Below are positions 54,879 through 64,000 of a DNA stretch of 64,000 bases, piece after piece. The position numbers and the translations under genes are program-made. The DNA lies in assembly GCA_964607485.1 (NCBI GenBank), contig CAZSKP010000015.1:32001-96000 (forward strand), given 5' to 3'. This DNA comes from an uncultured bacterium (GTDB lineage Bacteria > Abyssobacteria > SURF-5). Under the pieces are notes generated by a model. The model saw only the letters and a program-made list of their open reading frames with translations, did not search any database and was not told where the DNA came from. How positions within the stretch are numbered: the stretch's first letter is position 1; each line of letters starts with the position of its first letter.

Positions 54879-56249
54879 ATGACGAAGGACAGACCCAATC
54901 GAGTGTCGGCCCTCTTGGCCGACCTCTATGAGCTGACGATGTCGGCGAGCTACTATAATGAGAAAATGTTTGCGCCGGCCACGTTCAGCCTGTTCATCCG
55001 AAACTTTCCGGAGAACTGGGGCTACTTCGTCGCCGCCGGGCTCGACGAGGTCCTCGATTATATCGAGCATTTTCATTTCATCGACACGGATATCGACTAC
55101 CTGAAAACGACCGGCCTGTTCTCAAACGAATTCCTGGATTTCCTTGCCGACGTGAGGTTCACGGGCGATGTCTGGGCGATGAAGGAGGGCGAAGTCTTTT
55201 TTGCCGACGAGCCGATCCTGGAGGTGACCGCCCCGATAATCGAAGCGCAGCTCGTGGAGACCTACATAATTAACGCCATCCATCTCCAATCATTGATCTG
55301 CACGAAGGCGTCTCGATGTGTGACGGCCTCGAAGGGGAGGACGTTGGTGGACTTTTCGCTTCGACGCACCCATGGCATCGACGCGGGCATCAAGGTTGCG
55401 CGGTCGAGCCACATCGCCGGATTCGGCGCCACCAGCAACGTGCTGGCCGGGCGGCTGTACGGTGTCCCGATAAGCGGAACGATGGCGCACTCATACATCA
55501 CGGCTTTCGAGGAGGAGATAGAATCGTTCCGGGCCTTTGCGCGCGCTCATCCCGACAATACGATTCTTCTCATCGACACGTACGACACGCTCTCCGGCGC
55601 GCGGAAGGCATGCGAGGTGGGACGCGAGATGAAGGAACGCGGCCAGAAACTCCGGGGCGTGAGGCTCGACAGCGGCGACATGGCCGACCTGAGCAAGAAG
55701 GTGCGCAAAATGCTCGACGAAGCCGGGCTGAATGACACGATGATATTCGCCAGCAGCGGATTCGACGAGTACAAAATCACCGATGTCCTTGCACGGAGGG
55801 CTCGGATAGACGGCTTCGGCGTCGGAACCAACATGGGTGTCTCCGAGGATGTGCCCAGCACCGACATGGCATATAAGATGGTGGAGTATGATGCGCGGCC
55901 GGTCCTGAAACTGAGCTTCGGCAAGGTTACTCTGCCGGCGGGAAAACAAGTCTATCGCGCCCTGGATCGCAACGGCCGATTCGCGCGGGACACGATCGCC
56001 CTGCGGGGTGAAACGGCGGTCCCGCAATCCTCTCCACTCTTGGCAAAGGTCCTGGAGAAGGGACGTCGCGTTTTCGGCGAGACTCTCGACGACGCCAGAA
56101 AACGGTGCGCCGCTTCGCTGAAGGGGCTGCCCGAGAAAGTCGCCCGCGTCACAGACCCCGAAAGATACACCGTCCGGGAAAGCAAAGAGCTGAAGAAGCT
56201 GACCAACGTCGTCCGGGGCCAGGTGCGGAAACAAATAAGAAACCGATAG
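54879..56249 (+). CDS. pncB: Nicotinate phosphoribosyltransferase
   Basis: DLYELTM, GTMAHS, LIDTYD, VRLDSGD and FGVGT motifs. Confidence 0.94.
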   Translation: MTKDRPNRVSALLADLYELTMSASYYNEKMFAPATFSLFIRNFPENWGYFVAAGLDEVLDYIEHFHFIDTDIDYLKTTGLFSNEFLDFLADVRFTGDVWAMKEGEVFFADEPILEVTAPIIEAQLVETYIINAIHLQSLICTKASRCVTASKGRTLVDFSLRRTHGIDAGIKVARSSHIAGFGATSNVLAGRLYGVPISGTMAHSYITAFEEEIESFRAFARAHPDNTILLIDTYDTLSGARKACEVGREMKERGQKLRGVRLDSGDMADLSKKVRKMLDEAGLNDTMIFASSGFDEYKITDVLARRARIDGFGVGTNMGVSEDVPSTDMAYKMVEYDARPVLKLSFGKVTLPAGKQVYRALDRNGRFARDTIALRGETAVPQSSPLLAKVLEKGRRVFGETLDDARKRCAASLKGLPEKVARVTDPERYTVRESKELKKLTNVVRGQVRKQIRNR

Positions 56250-56351
56250 CATTTTGGAAAATGAGGATTGAGAATCTATCCACTAATTAGCCCGCGATGA
56301 TGCATTTGTTCCGCTCGCCGAAATCGTGCGCCGTGACCGAGTGGGGGAAGA

Positions 56352-57155
56352 ATGAACGCAGCCACGAAAGGCAGGATAATGGTCGGCTGTTCGGGCTGGA
56401 GCTACCAGCACTGGAGGGGACTTTTCTACCCGCACGACTTGCCGCAGAAGAAGTGGTTCTCGTTCTATGCGGAAACCTTTGATACCGTCGAGATAAATAA
56501 TACGTTTTACAACCTGCCTGCCGAGAAAACATTCCAAGGATGGGCCGAAAAAGCCGGTCCGGAATTCATTTACAGCGTCAAGGCCAACCGTTACATCACA
56601 CACGTCAAGAGACTCAAAGGCGTCGAGGAAGCCCTGCCGCGATTCCTCGAGCGGGCCCGCCTGCTGGAGCGACATCTCGGCCCCATCTTGTATCAGCTTC
56701 CTCCCAACTGGCGATGCGACATTCCGCGGCTCGATGCTTTCCTGAGACAGCTCCCCGATGACCTGACACACGTGTTTGAGTTTCGGGACGAACGCTGGCT
56801 GAACGAGGACGTGTTCACATTGCTGAAAGATGGCGGCGTGAGCCTCTGTGTGCACGACATGGGCGGCTTGCAGGTGCCTCGGCTGGCGATGGGACGGGTT
56901 GCATACGTCCGCTTCCACGGGCACGCCGGCAAGTACGCGGGCAAATACCCCGAGCAATCGCTCCGGCCATGGGCTGAATGGCTGAAGAGCGAGGCTGGCA
57001 GGAAACGCGATATCTATGCATACTTTAACAACGATGAGTCCGCCCATGCGGTTCATGATGCGCTGACACTCCGCAGGAAGCTGCTGGATTCTGCAAGATT
57101 CAATCGACCGGGCAAACCCAATGCCTCGGCATTGTGCGCAAACAGCAGCCCATAA
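56352..57155 (+). CDS. DUF72 family protein
   Basis: GCSGWSY, VEINNTFY, QLPP, EFR, YVRFHG and YFNND motifs. Confidence 0.92.
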   Translation: MNAATKGRIMVGCSGWSYQHWRGLFYPHDLPQKKWFSFYAETFDTVEINNTFYNLPAEKTFQGWAEKAGPEFIYSVKANRYITHVKRLKGVEEALPRFLERARLLERHLGPILYQLPPNWRCDIPRLDAFLRQLPDDLTHVFEFRDERWLNEDVFTLLKDGGVSLCVHDMGGLQVPRLAMGRVAYVRFHGHAGKYAGKYPEQSLRPWAEWLKSEAGRKRDIYAYFNNDESAHAVHDALTLRRKLLDSARFNRPGKPNASALCANSSP

Positions 57156-57169
57156 GAAGGAGAACGGCC

Positions 57170-58300
57170 ATGTTCGGAAAACGAATCACCCTGTTCAGAC
57201 TTTTCGGGTTCGCGGTCAGGATAGACATGAGCTGGATTATCATAGCTGCGCTTGTCACCTGGTCCCTCGCAGCCGGGTTCCCGCACTACTACAAAGGCCT
57301 TTCCACGCAGACCTATTGGCTGATGGGAGCAGTCGGCGCTCTGGGCCTCTTCGTCTCGATTGTTTTCCACGAGATGTGCCACTCGCTCGTGGCGCGAAGA
57401 TACGGGCTGCCGATGAAGGGAATTACGCTCTTCATATTCGGAGGCGTGGCTGAAATGGATGACGAGCCTCCCAGCGCCAAGGCGGAGTTGATGATGGCGA
57501 TTGCGGGGCCGGCGTCGAGCGTATTGCTCGCAGTAGGATTCGGCATAATCTACGTCTTTGGTAGACTGGCGGCGTGGCCATCTCCGGTTAGCGGCGTTCT
57601 CGGTTATCTGGGGCTGATCAATATAGTGCTGGCCGCCTTTAACCTCGTTCCCGCGTTTCCGCTCGATGGGGGCCGAGTGCTGAGGGCGCTGCTGTGGAGC
57701 TGGAAAGACAACGTCAAGTGGGCTACTCGCGTGGCGTCGCAGATAGGGTCGGGATTCGGGCTGGTGCTCATAATACTGGGAGTGTGGAACATATTGTTGG
57801 GAAATCTGGTCGGCGGCATATGGTGGTTCCTGATAGGGATGTTCGTGCGGGGCGCGGCCAACATGTCGTACCAGCAGCTTCTCACCCGTCAGGCTCTCGA
57901 GGGAGAACCCGTACACCGCTTCATGGAACAAAATCCCGTGACCGTTTCGTCTTCGATTTCCCTCGAAGATTTGATCGAGAACTATATCTACAAATTTCAT
58001 TTCAAGATGTTCCCTGTCGTTGATAACGACAGGCTTGTCGGCTGCATCAGCACGCGCGAGGTGAAGGAAGTCCCCCGGGGCGAATGGCCGCAGCGCACGG
58101 TGGGCGACCTGCTCACACGATGTTCCGTCGATAACACAATTCGGCCCGATGCCGATTCCATGGAGGCGCTCTCGAAGATGCGTAAGACAGGGACGAGCCG
58201 GCTCGTCGTGGTCGATGGAGACCGGCTGGTCGGAATCATCTCGTTGAAGGACATGCTGAAATTCCTATCGCTGAAGGTTGAGCTCGAAGAGGGCGCGTGA
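57170..58300 (+). CDS. Site-2 protease (M50) with CBS pair
   Basis: HEMCH, AGP and FNLVPAFPLDGGR motifs; two C-terminal CBS domains; ATG 57170 after AAGGAG. Confidence 0.93.
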   Translation: MFGKRITLFRLFGFAVRIDMSWIIIAALVTWSLAAGFPHYYKGLSTQTYWLMGAVGALGLFVSIVFHEMCHSLVARRYGLPMKGITLFIFGGVAEMDDEPPSAKAELMMAIAGPASSVLLAVGFGIIYVFGRLAAWPSPVSGVLGYLGLINIVLAAFNLVPAFPLDGGRVLRALLWSWKDNVKWATRVASQIGSGFGLVLIILGVWNILLGNLVGGIWWFLIGMFVRGAANMSYQQLLTRQALEGEPVHRFMEQNPVTVSSSISLEDLIENYIYKFHFKMFPVVDNDRLVGCISTREVKEVPRGEWPQRTVGDLLTRCSVDNTIRPDADSMEALSKMRKTGTSRLVVVDGDRLVGIISLKDMLKFLSLKVELEEGA

Positions 58301-58385
58301 CATACCCTCGAGCCGCATCCGAACGCGGGCTCAGGTTGTCACAGAGATTCGCGCAATGCAGGTTCAGATTCTCACAAGGATTCCT

Positions 58386-58413
58386 GTAGGGGCGCACGGC
58401 CCTGCGCCCCTGC
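58386..58413. repeat. GTAG-type REP-like palindrome
   Basis: GTAGGGGCGCACGGCCCTGCGCCCCTGC. Confidence 0.72.
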
Positions 58414-58496
58414 ATTTACATCTACGAGTATCCAAAATGAAGAAATGTGATTTAATCATCGAAAATCCGTAGCTGCTACTCGGAGCAGCGATAGTC

Positions 58497-58594
58497 GTCA
58501 TTCTGAGCGCAGCGAAGAATCTCGAAGAATGCGGTAGGTTTGGGCCAAAAATCAGATCCTTCACTTGGGCCTGCGGCCCTTCGTTCAGGATGAC
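58497..58594. repeat. GTCATTCTGAGC..AGGATGAC inverted-repeat element, copy 1
   Basis: GTCATTCTGAGCGCAGCGAAGAATCTC ... AGATCCTTC..GTTCAGGATGAC; second copy at 62839. Confidence 0.75.
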
Positions 58595-58637
58595 AAGAAC
58601 GTGATGCATTTCATCCCCGCCATAGTAACTTGGAAGT

Positions 58638-59882
58638 TTGGAGAAACTCCATTTGAATAAACCGCTCAGGATTACGCCGGCGAAAATGGTTGCGCTCGGC
58701 GTGGGATTCTTTGGAACGAATTTTGTCTGGGCGTTCCACTCCTCTTCGATGCCGCTTTTTCTCAAAAGGTTCACGGACTCGAAGTTCGAAATATCGCTCG
58801 TTCTCAGCCTGGCCGGCGTGATGGGTTGCATCGTTCCCCCCGTTATCGGTTACTTCAGTGACCGCACCTTTACGCGGTTCGGCCGGCGAAAGCCTTACAT
58901 TTTCTTAGGGATGCTGGGCGTGTTGTTCTGTGTGCTGAGCCTGCCGCGCATCGTAGCGTTCGGGATTGTGGCGGCCGTATCGGCGCTGATGTACCTCTCG
59001 CTTGCTTCCGCCGATTCGATGTACATGGCACTGCTTCCGGATATAACGCCGACCGAGCAGCGCAGCACCGCGAGCGGTGTCATGAACCTTTTCGGAAGCC
59101 TCGGTCTGATCTGCTACTTCGTTCTGGGCTCGTGGATATGGGATACCCACCAGATGGCGACGTTCAGCATGGTGGCTCTTCTTCCCTTCGGCCTGGTGCT
59201 TGCTGCAATACTCTTTCTCAGGGAGCCGAAACTTCCCGAGGAGAGGCCCGCGGCGGAGAGAAATCCGTTTGCGTATCTGAAAGGACTCGTGCAGGAGAGC
59301 AACGCGCTGAAGTTTTTCGTCGGACAGTCCTTCTGGTGGCTCGGTCTCTGGGTGATCTCCTCCTTTATCACCCTGTTCATGGTCGAAGACATCGGAGTAT
59401 CCGAGGGAAATTCGATGCTTGTCCCGATGGCCTTCGCCGTTGTCGCGACGATCTTCGTTCTGCCGCTCGGCATGCTGGGAGACCGGGTCGGGCGCAAGGG
59501 GATATTAATGTTCATGGTCGCGCTCTGGGCGGTTATCGACATTCTCATGTATTTCTCCCGGGGTTTCACTTCCGCGCTGGTCGCGGTGGGAGCGGCGGGC
59601 ATCCCCTATGCAGCAGTGATGGGCGTCGGATATGCCTACATGCTCGACCTCGTGCCCGAGGGACGCACGGCGGAATTCGTCGGATACAACTTCCTGAGTC
59701 AGATCGCGCCCCAGATTCTCGGCCCGCTCGTCGGGGGGAAACTGATCGATGCGATGGGGTATCGGTCCATCTTTCCCGCGGGGGCGGTATTCGCAATCAT
59801 CGGCCTCGTCATCCTGAACTTTGTCCACCCCCGTCAAGAGACAAAAGCCGTTGCGGAAGTCGAGAAGCAACTTCCTCTATGA
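58638..59882 (+). CDS. MFS transporter (sugar/glycoside-type)
   Basis: About 12 TMs; SDRTFTRFGRRKPYI, LLPD and GDRVGRK motifs; start uncertain. Confidence 0.88.
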   Translation: MEKLHLNKPLRITPAKMVALGVGFFGTNFVWAFHSSSMPLFLKRFTDSKFEISLVLSLAGVMGCIVPPVIGYFSDRTFTRFGRRKPYIFLGMLGVLFCVLSLPRIVAFGIVAAVSALMYLSLASADSMYMALLPDITPTEQRSTASGVMNLFGSLGLICYFVLGSWIWDTHQMATFSMVALLPFGLVLAAILFLREPKLPEERPAAERNPFAYLKGLVQESNALKFFVGQSFWWLGLWVISSFITLFMVEDIGVSEGNSMLVPMAFAVVATIFVLPLGMLGDRVGRKGILMFMVALWAVIDILMYFSRGFTSALVAVGAAGIPYAAVMGVGYAYMLDLVPEGRTAEFVGYNFLSQIAPQILGPLVGGKLIDAMGYRSIFPAGAVFAIIGLVILNFVHPRQETKAVAEVEKQLPL

Positions 59883-59926
59883 AGGCGTCGGGGGCTCTTG
59901 GGCGCGGGCGGGTTCGAGCCGGTCGC

Positions 59927-61006
59927 TCAAGGGGCGGACATCCACGCCTCGCCGCCGGGCCGGCGGAAGAGGTGGATGTTTTCTTCGGGGACAGAGAACG
60001 AGATGGCGCCGGACTCCTGTTTCAGGTCCGGACTCGACACGACCCTGGCTTCTCCTTCGGGTGTTCTCACGAGAATGACCGACCGATTTCCGAGCGGCTC
60101 GACCGCCAGTATCTCGCCCGAGAATTCGATGCCCCTCCCGTCGAATCCGACATCCTCCGGACGGAACCCGAACGCCGCCGCTTCCGGTGGCGCGGTGGCG
60201 GCCTTCCTGAACCGCTCCGGAATCGGAACGGACCGCCCGCTTTGAAAAACAAGGGTTCCCTCCTGCGGGCGGACGGTGAAGAAGTTCATTCGCGGACTTC
60301 CCACAAAACCCGCCACGAACTCGTTGGCAGGACTGCGATAAATCTCCGCGGGAGGGCCCGCCTGCTGTATTCGGCCTTCGTGCAGCACGGCGACGACGTC
60401 CGACATTGCCATCGCTTCGACCTGGTCGTGTGTGACATAGATGACCGTTGCGCCGATGCGCGAGAATAGCATCTTCAACTCCGTGCGCGTCCGCTCGCGC
60501 AGCAGCGCGTCGAGATTCGAGAGCGGTTCATCCATCAGGAACGCCTCGGGGTGTCGCACCAGCGCGCGCGCCAGCGCCACGCGTTGACGCTCGCCGCCGG
60601 ACAGCGGGCCGGGCCGCTTCTCCAGGTGCTCGGTGATTTCGAGCAGGTCCGCCGTCTCTTTCACGAGGCGCTCGATCTCATCCTCGTTCATGTTTCTCAG
60701 CCTGAGAGGAGTGGCGATGTTCTTATAGACGGTCATGTGCGGATACAACGCGTAGCTTTGGAAGACCATCGAGACGTTGCGCCTGGCCGGAGGCAGTCGG
60801 GTGATGTCGCGTCCCCCGATGGCGACCGCTCCTTCGTCGGGAACTTCCAATCCCGCGATGATTCTGAGCAGCGTGGTCTTGCCGCATCCGCTGGGACCGA
60901 GAAGGGTGAAGAACGTCCCGTCGGGAACCTCGAATGAGACGTTCCTGAGCACCTGCTTTCGACGGCCGAAGGATTTTGAGATATTTCTTATTTCAATCAA
61001 CGCCAT
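59927..61006 (-). CDS. Carbohydrate ABC transporter ATP-binding protein (MalK family)
   Basis: GPSGCGKT, VFQSYALYPHM, LSGGERQR, DEPLSNLD and THDQ motifs. Confidence 0.94.
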   Translation of the reverse strand: MALIEIRNISKSFGRRKQVLRNVSFEVPDGTFFTLLGPSGCGKTTLLRIIAGLEVPDEGAVAIGGRDITRLPPARRNVSMVFQSYALYPHMTVYKNIATPLRLRNMNEDEIERLVKETADLLEITEHLEKRPGPLSGGERQRVALARALVRHPEAFLMDEPLSNLDALLRERTRTELKMLFSRIGATVIYVTHDQVEAMAMSDVVAVLHEGRIQQAGPPAEIYRSPANEFVAGFVGSPRMNFFTVRPQEGTLVFQSGRSVPIPERFRKAATAPPEAAAFGFRPEDVGFDGRGIEFSGEILAVEPLGNRSVILVRTPEGEARVVSSPDLKQESGAISFSVPEENIHLFRRPGGEAWMSAP

Positions 61007-61030
61007 CGGAATCTATTCCCGCCGCCCGCA

Positions 61031-61861
61031 TCATTCCTTCACCGCTCCAGCGGTGAGGCCTGCCACGATCTTTCTCTGGAATATCAGGACCAACAGAATG
61101 ACGGGGAGGCTGGTCACGACCACCGCCGCGGCCACCTGGCCCCACGGAATCTCGTATTTGCTCGCGCCGGATAGCATGGAGATGCCCACTGTGGCCACGC
61201 GGAGCGAATCCTTTGTGACGAGCGTCAGCGCGAACAGGAACTCGTTCCATGAAAATATGAAGGCGAGCAAACCGGCCGTCACCGCGACGGGCATCGAAAG
61301 GGGGATCACCACCCGAAAAAACGCTCCAAGGTAACTGAAGCCGTCCACGCGCGCCGCATCGACGAGGTCGCGCGGAAAACGCTCGAAGAAATTCTCCAGC
61401 ACCCAGAACACGATGCTTATGTGAAACGCTGCGTGCACCAGGATGAGCCCGATATACGTGTTCGTGAGCCGCAGCGAGCCGAAGAAATCATAGATGGGCA
61501 CGAGAAAGAGGATGGGCGGCAATATGCCGGGCAGCAGAAACGCGAGCATCAGCCACACGCGCCACCGCCTCCGCACCCAGGCGACCGAGTAAGCGGCGAG
61601 CGCCCCGGCCACGAGCGCGAGTGACGCCGATGCCGTCGCCACCAATAAGCTGTTGAAGATGTACCGTCCGAACGGGCGCCGCTCGAACATGCCGGTGTAG
61701 TTCTCGATGGTTGCGGCCTGCGGCAGGAGCGTCTGCGGCAGGCGCATGACTTCGCGTTGCGGTTTCAAAGACGTTGACAGTTCCCACGCGAACGGCGCCA
61801 GTGAAAACACGACGAGAGTCGCCAGGAGAACGTAGCCGAGAACCTTCGCGCCCCTGCCCAT
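61031..61861 (-). CDS. Carbohydrate ABC transporter permease (MalG-like)
   Basis: DAARVDG EAA loop and WNEFLFA; start ATG 61861 (the ORF-track extension overlaps the upstream permease). Confidence 0.9.
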   Translation of the reverse strand: MGRGAKVLGYVLLATLVVFSLAPFAWELSTSLKPQREVMRLPQTLLPQAATIENYTGMFERRPFGRYIFNSLLVATASASLALVAGALAAYSVAWVRRRWRVWLMLAFLLPGILPPILFLVPIYDFFGSLRLTNTYIGLILVHAAFHISIVFWVLENFFERFPRDLVDAARVDGFSYLGAFFRVVIPLSMPVAVTAGLLAFIFSWNEFLFALTLVTKDSLRVATVGISMLSGASKYEIPWGQVAAAVVVTSLPVILLVLIFQRKIVAGLTAGAVKE

Positions 61862-62736
61862 CAAAACCTCCTGCGCGACAGAAAGGAGACCGTCGTCGCG
61901 ATGAAGACCACGATGATGAACATCGTCACCGACAACGCGGCCCCATAACCGACGTTCAAGAAGCGGAACGTCTCCTTCGTGATATACAACGAAATCATCT
62001 CGGTCTTGCTGCTCGGACCTCCGCCCGTCAGCACCCACACCAGGTCGAATATGCCGATTGTCTGAACGATTCGAAACAACAGCGCCGTGAGGATGTACGG
62101 AGTGAGCATTGGCAGGGTGATGAGGAAAAACCGGCGCACGCGGCCGGCGCCGTCGATAGCGGCCGCCTCGTACAGGTCCTGCGGTATGACCGCCAGTCCC
62201 GCCAAAAGAATGATACCTATAAACGGCGCCGTTTTCCAAGTGTCGGCGAAAACAATCGTCGCGAATGCCCAGCGGGGATTGCCGAGAAACGATATGGGAG
62301 CGTTGGCGATGCCCAGTCTCAGTATCAGGTCGTTCATCACGCCGTAGTCTTCATAGAAAATCCATCGCCACGCGAACCCCATGACCGCTGGAGGAAGCAC
62401 CCACGGCACCAACAGCGACGCCCGAAAGAATCCGCGCCCGCGCACGGGGCTCGCGAGCAAGAGCGCCATGGCGAAGCCAAGCACGAATTCCAGCGAGACG
62501 GAGATGGCCGCAAACACGAATGTCCTTATCAGGCTGTCGGCAAACAGCTCGTCACCGAACAGTCGGGAATAGTGCTGGAGACCGAATGCGCCGTCGCGTC
62601 CGATGAACGAAGTGCGAACGGCGAGGAAGGCCGGGTACAGGAACACAAACGCGCACAGAATGATCGCCGGAAGCAGGATCGCCGATAAGAAATAGGCGTC
62701 GGGATGGATTTTTCTCAGACGGGAGCCGAGCGCCAT
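61861..62736 (-). CDS. Carbohydrate ABC transporter permease (MalF-like)
   Basis: LYEAAAIDGA, ITLP and LTGGGP motifs. Confidence 0.92.
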   Translation of the reverse strand: MALGSRLRKIHPDAYFLSAILLPAIILCAFVFLYPAFLAVRTSFIGRDGAFGLQHYSRLFGDELFADSLIRTFVFAAISVSLEFVLGFAMALLLASPVRGRGFFRASLLVPWVLPPAVMGFAWRWIFYEDYGVMNDLILRLGIANAPISFLGNPRWAFATIVFADTWKTAPFIGIILLAGLAVIPQDLYEAAAIDGAGRVRRFFLITLPMLTPYILTALLFRIVQTIGIFDLVWVLTGGGPSSKTEMISLYITKETFRFLNVGYGAALSVTMFIIVVFIATTVSFLSRRRF

Positions 62737-62838
62737 GCTCCTCTGATTCCTTTACGCTATTGAGCCCTGCATTACGAATATCCCTATGAGCCAGATCGGC
62801 GCAGGCTTGTTCCCGCTTGGCTCTGCGCCGCGACGGCC

Positions 62839-62916
62839 GTCATTCTGAGCGTAGCGAAGAATCTCAAGAGACATCTCGTTTCCGTAGAAGAGATTCTTCG
62901 CTTCGCTCAGGATGAC
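62839..62916. repeat. GTCATTCTGAGC..AGGATGAC inverted-repeat element, copy 2
   Basis: GTCATTCTGAGCGTAGCGAAGAATCTC ... GAGATTCTTCGCTTCGCTCAGGATGAC. Confidence 0.8.
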
Positions 62917-62943
62917 ATGGTTTGGGACATTGTTTTGCCGATC

Positions 62944-63999
62944 TCAATAAGAGGTTCTCGACAAAATTTCCTCGATCTCTTCTGCGGCCTTGCCGGCGGC
63001 CTGCTCGGGCGTTTCCGTGCCGGTCAGCACGGCGCTCACGTGACGCTGGAGCGAATCGCTTATCTCCGGATACCGGGGATGAATGGGCCGGGGCTCGGCA
63101 TGGAGAAGGACCTTGTAGAGTTCGGGGTAATGCGGGTTCAGCGACAACATCTCGGGGTCGTCGTACAGAGCCTTCAGCGAAGGCGCGCCCCCTTGCCTGC
63201 GCACGAATATCTTGAGCGATTCAGGACTGGCCGCATGCAACGCGAACTTCCACGCTTCCCCCTTGTGTTTGGAAAACTGTGATATTCCGAAACCCCAGCC
63301 GCCGAGCGTCGAGGATGACGACTTGCCCGGCGCGTGAACCATCGGAATAATGCCGACTTTGCCCCGAATCGCCGACCCCTCTTCCTGACACGCCTTCCAG
63401 GCATACGGCCAGTTGCGCATGAAGACGCTCTTGCCCGAGAGGAACGTCGCCAGCGTCTCGTTCTCCTCGTAGGTCCTCACCGCCTCGGGTACGATCTTCT
63501 CCTTGAAGACGGCGTCGCGCATCCATTGCAGGGCCTCGACCGACTCGGGACTATCCAGCACGCACTTTCCGTCGGCGTCGAGCACGTCGCCCCCGAACCC
63601 GCGCAGAATCTCCAAGAACGCGCACGTCAGCCCCTCGTACTGTTTCCCCTGGAAGACAAAGCCCCACAGCTCGGGCGGAGACTGGAGCCTCTTCGCCGCG
63701 GCCACGAGGTCGGCGAACGTTTTCGGCGGCTCGATGCCGGCGTCTTCGAGCAAATCCTTCCGATAGTAGAGCATCCCGCCGTCGGAGCGAATGGGGATAC
63801 GCCAGATGTGACCGGCATACTTGCACCCCTCAATATCGCCGGGCAGGAATTTCTCCTGCATCATGGGCGGGAAGTGGTCGTCGAGAGGAACCAGCCAGCC
63901 GGCCGCCGCGAACTTCGGCACCCAGATGACGTCGAGGTAGATGAGGTCGTACGTGGTGTCTTTGGCCAGCAGGCTCGCCGAGTATTGGCTCTCGCGCGT
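62944..63999 (-). CDS. Carbohydrate ABC transporter substrate-binding protein (5' end outside the window)
   Basis: DVIWV, LYYRKDLL, YEGL, FMRNWPY and LGGW motifs; frame open to the window edge. Confidence 0.9.
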   Translation of the reverse strand, partial: TRESQYSASLLAKDTTYDLIYLDVIWVPKFAAAGWLVPLDDHFPPMMQEKFLPGDIEGCKYAGHIWRIPIRSDGGMLYYRKDLLEDAGIEPPKTFADLVAAAKRLQSPPELWGFVFQGKQYEGLTCAFLEILRGFGGDVLDADGKCVLDSPESVEALQWMRDAVFKEKIVPEAVRTYEENETLATFLSGKSVFMRNWPYAWKACQEEGSAIRGKVGIIPMVHAPGKSSSSTLGGWGFGISQFSKHKGEAWKFALHAASPESLKIFVRRQGGAPSLKALYDDPEMLSLNPHYPELYKVLLHAEPRPIHPRYPEISDSLQRHVSAVLTGTETPEQAAGKAAEEIEEILSRTSY

Positions 64000-64000
64000 A

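Noticed and set aside
58364-58831. 155-aa minus-strand ORF
   Set aside because: It is a translation of the repeat elements (RFFAALRMT, CRGAGPCAPT) and overlaps the MFS start

Overview
GC-rich chromosomal window from a diderm (LPS-producing) bacterium. No rRNA, tRNA, CRISPR array or transposase was recognised. 1-25 kb is mostly housekeeping on the minus strand: an LPS/heptose operon (lpxL-like, DHS-like protein, hldE, B12-radical SAM, waaF), a tandem double beta-barrel protein, dnaE, cinA/pncC, pgpA, pgsA, rimO, ftsK, dut, M16 peptidase, pnp, rpsO, pgk and gap. Two accessory loci stand out. (1) A five-gene plus-strand operon at 26082-32965 encodes a pseudokinase/Clp-N/degenerate AAA+ fusion, an FHA protein, two B-box zinc-finger single-pass membrane proteins (beta-propeller or TPR ectodomain) and an intact rhomboid protease with a TPR tail. 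I do not recognise this as a described system; it is a candidate signalling or regulated-proteolysis module. (2) A ~4 kb cassette at 46469-50513 is bracketed by long imperfect inverted repeats and punctuated by related palindromic triple-unit repeats. It carries a Type IIG restriction-modification gene with an apparently swapped AT-rich C-terminal region, a relic copy of that gene's 3' end, and a GxxExxY nuclease-fold gene. The rest comprises cstA, a FadR/YsiA-like TetR with two operators and an MMPL transporter, a TMTC-like protein, DUF362, ferritin-like, nitrilase, GGDEF, a VWA-TM-FHA protein, acyl-CoA ligase, pncB, DUF72, an M50 protease, an MFS and a sugar ABC transporter. All calls rest on manual motif reading; no searches were run.
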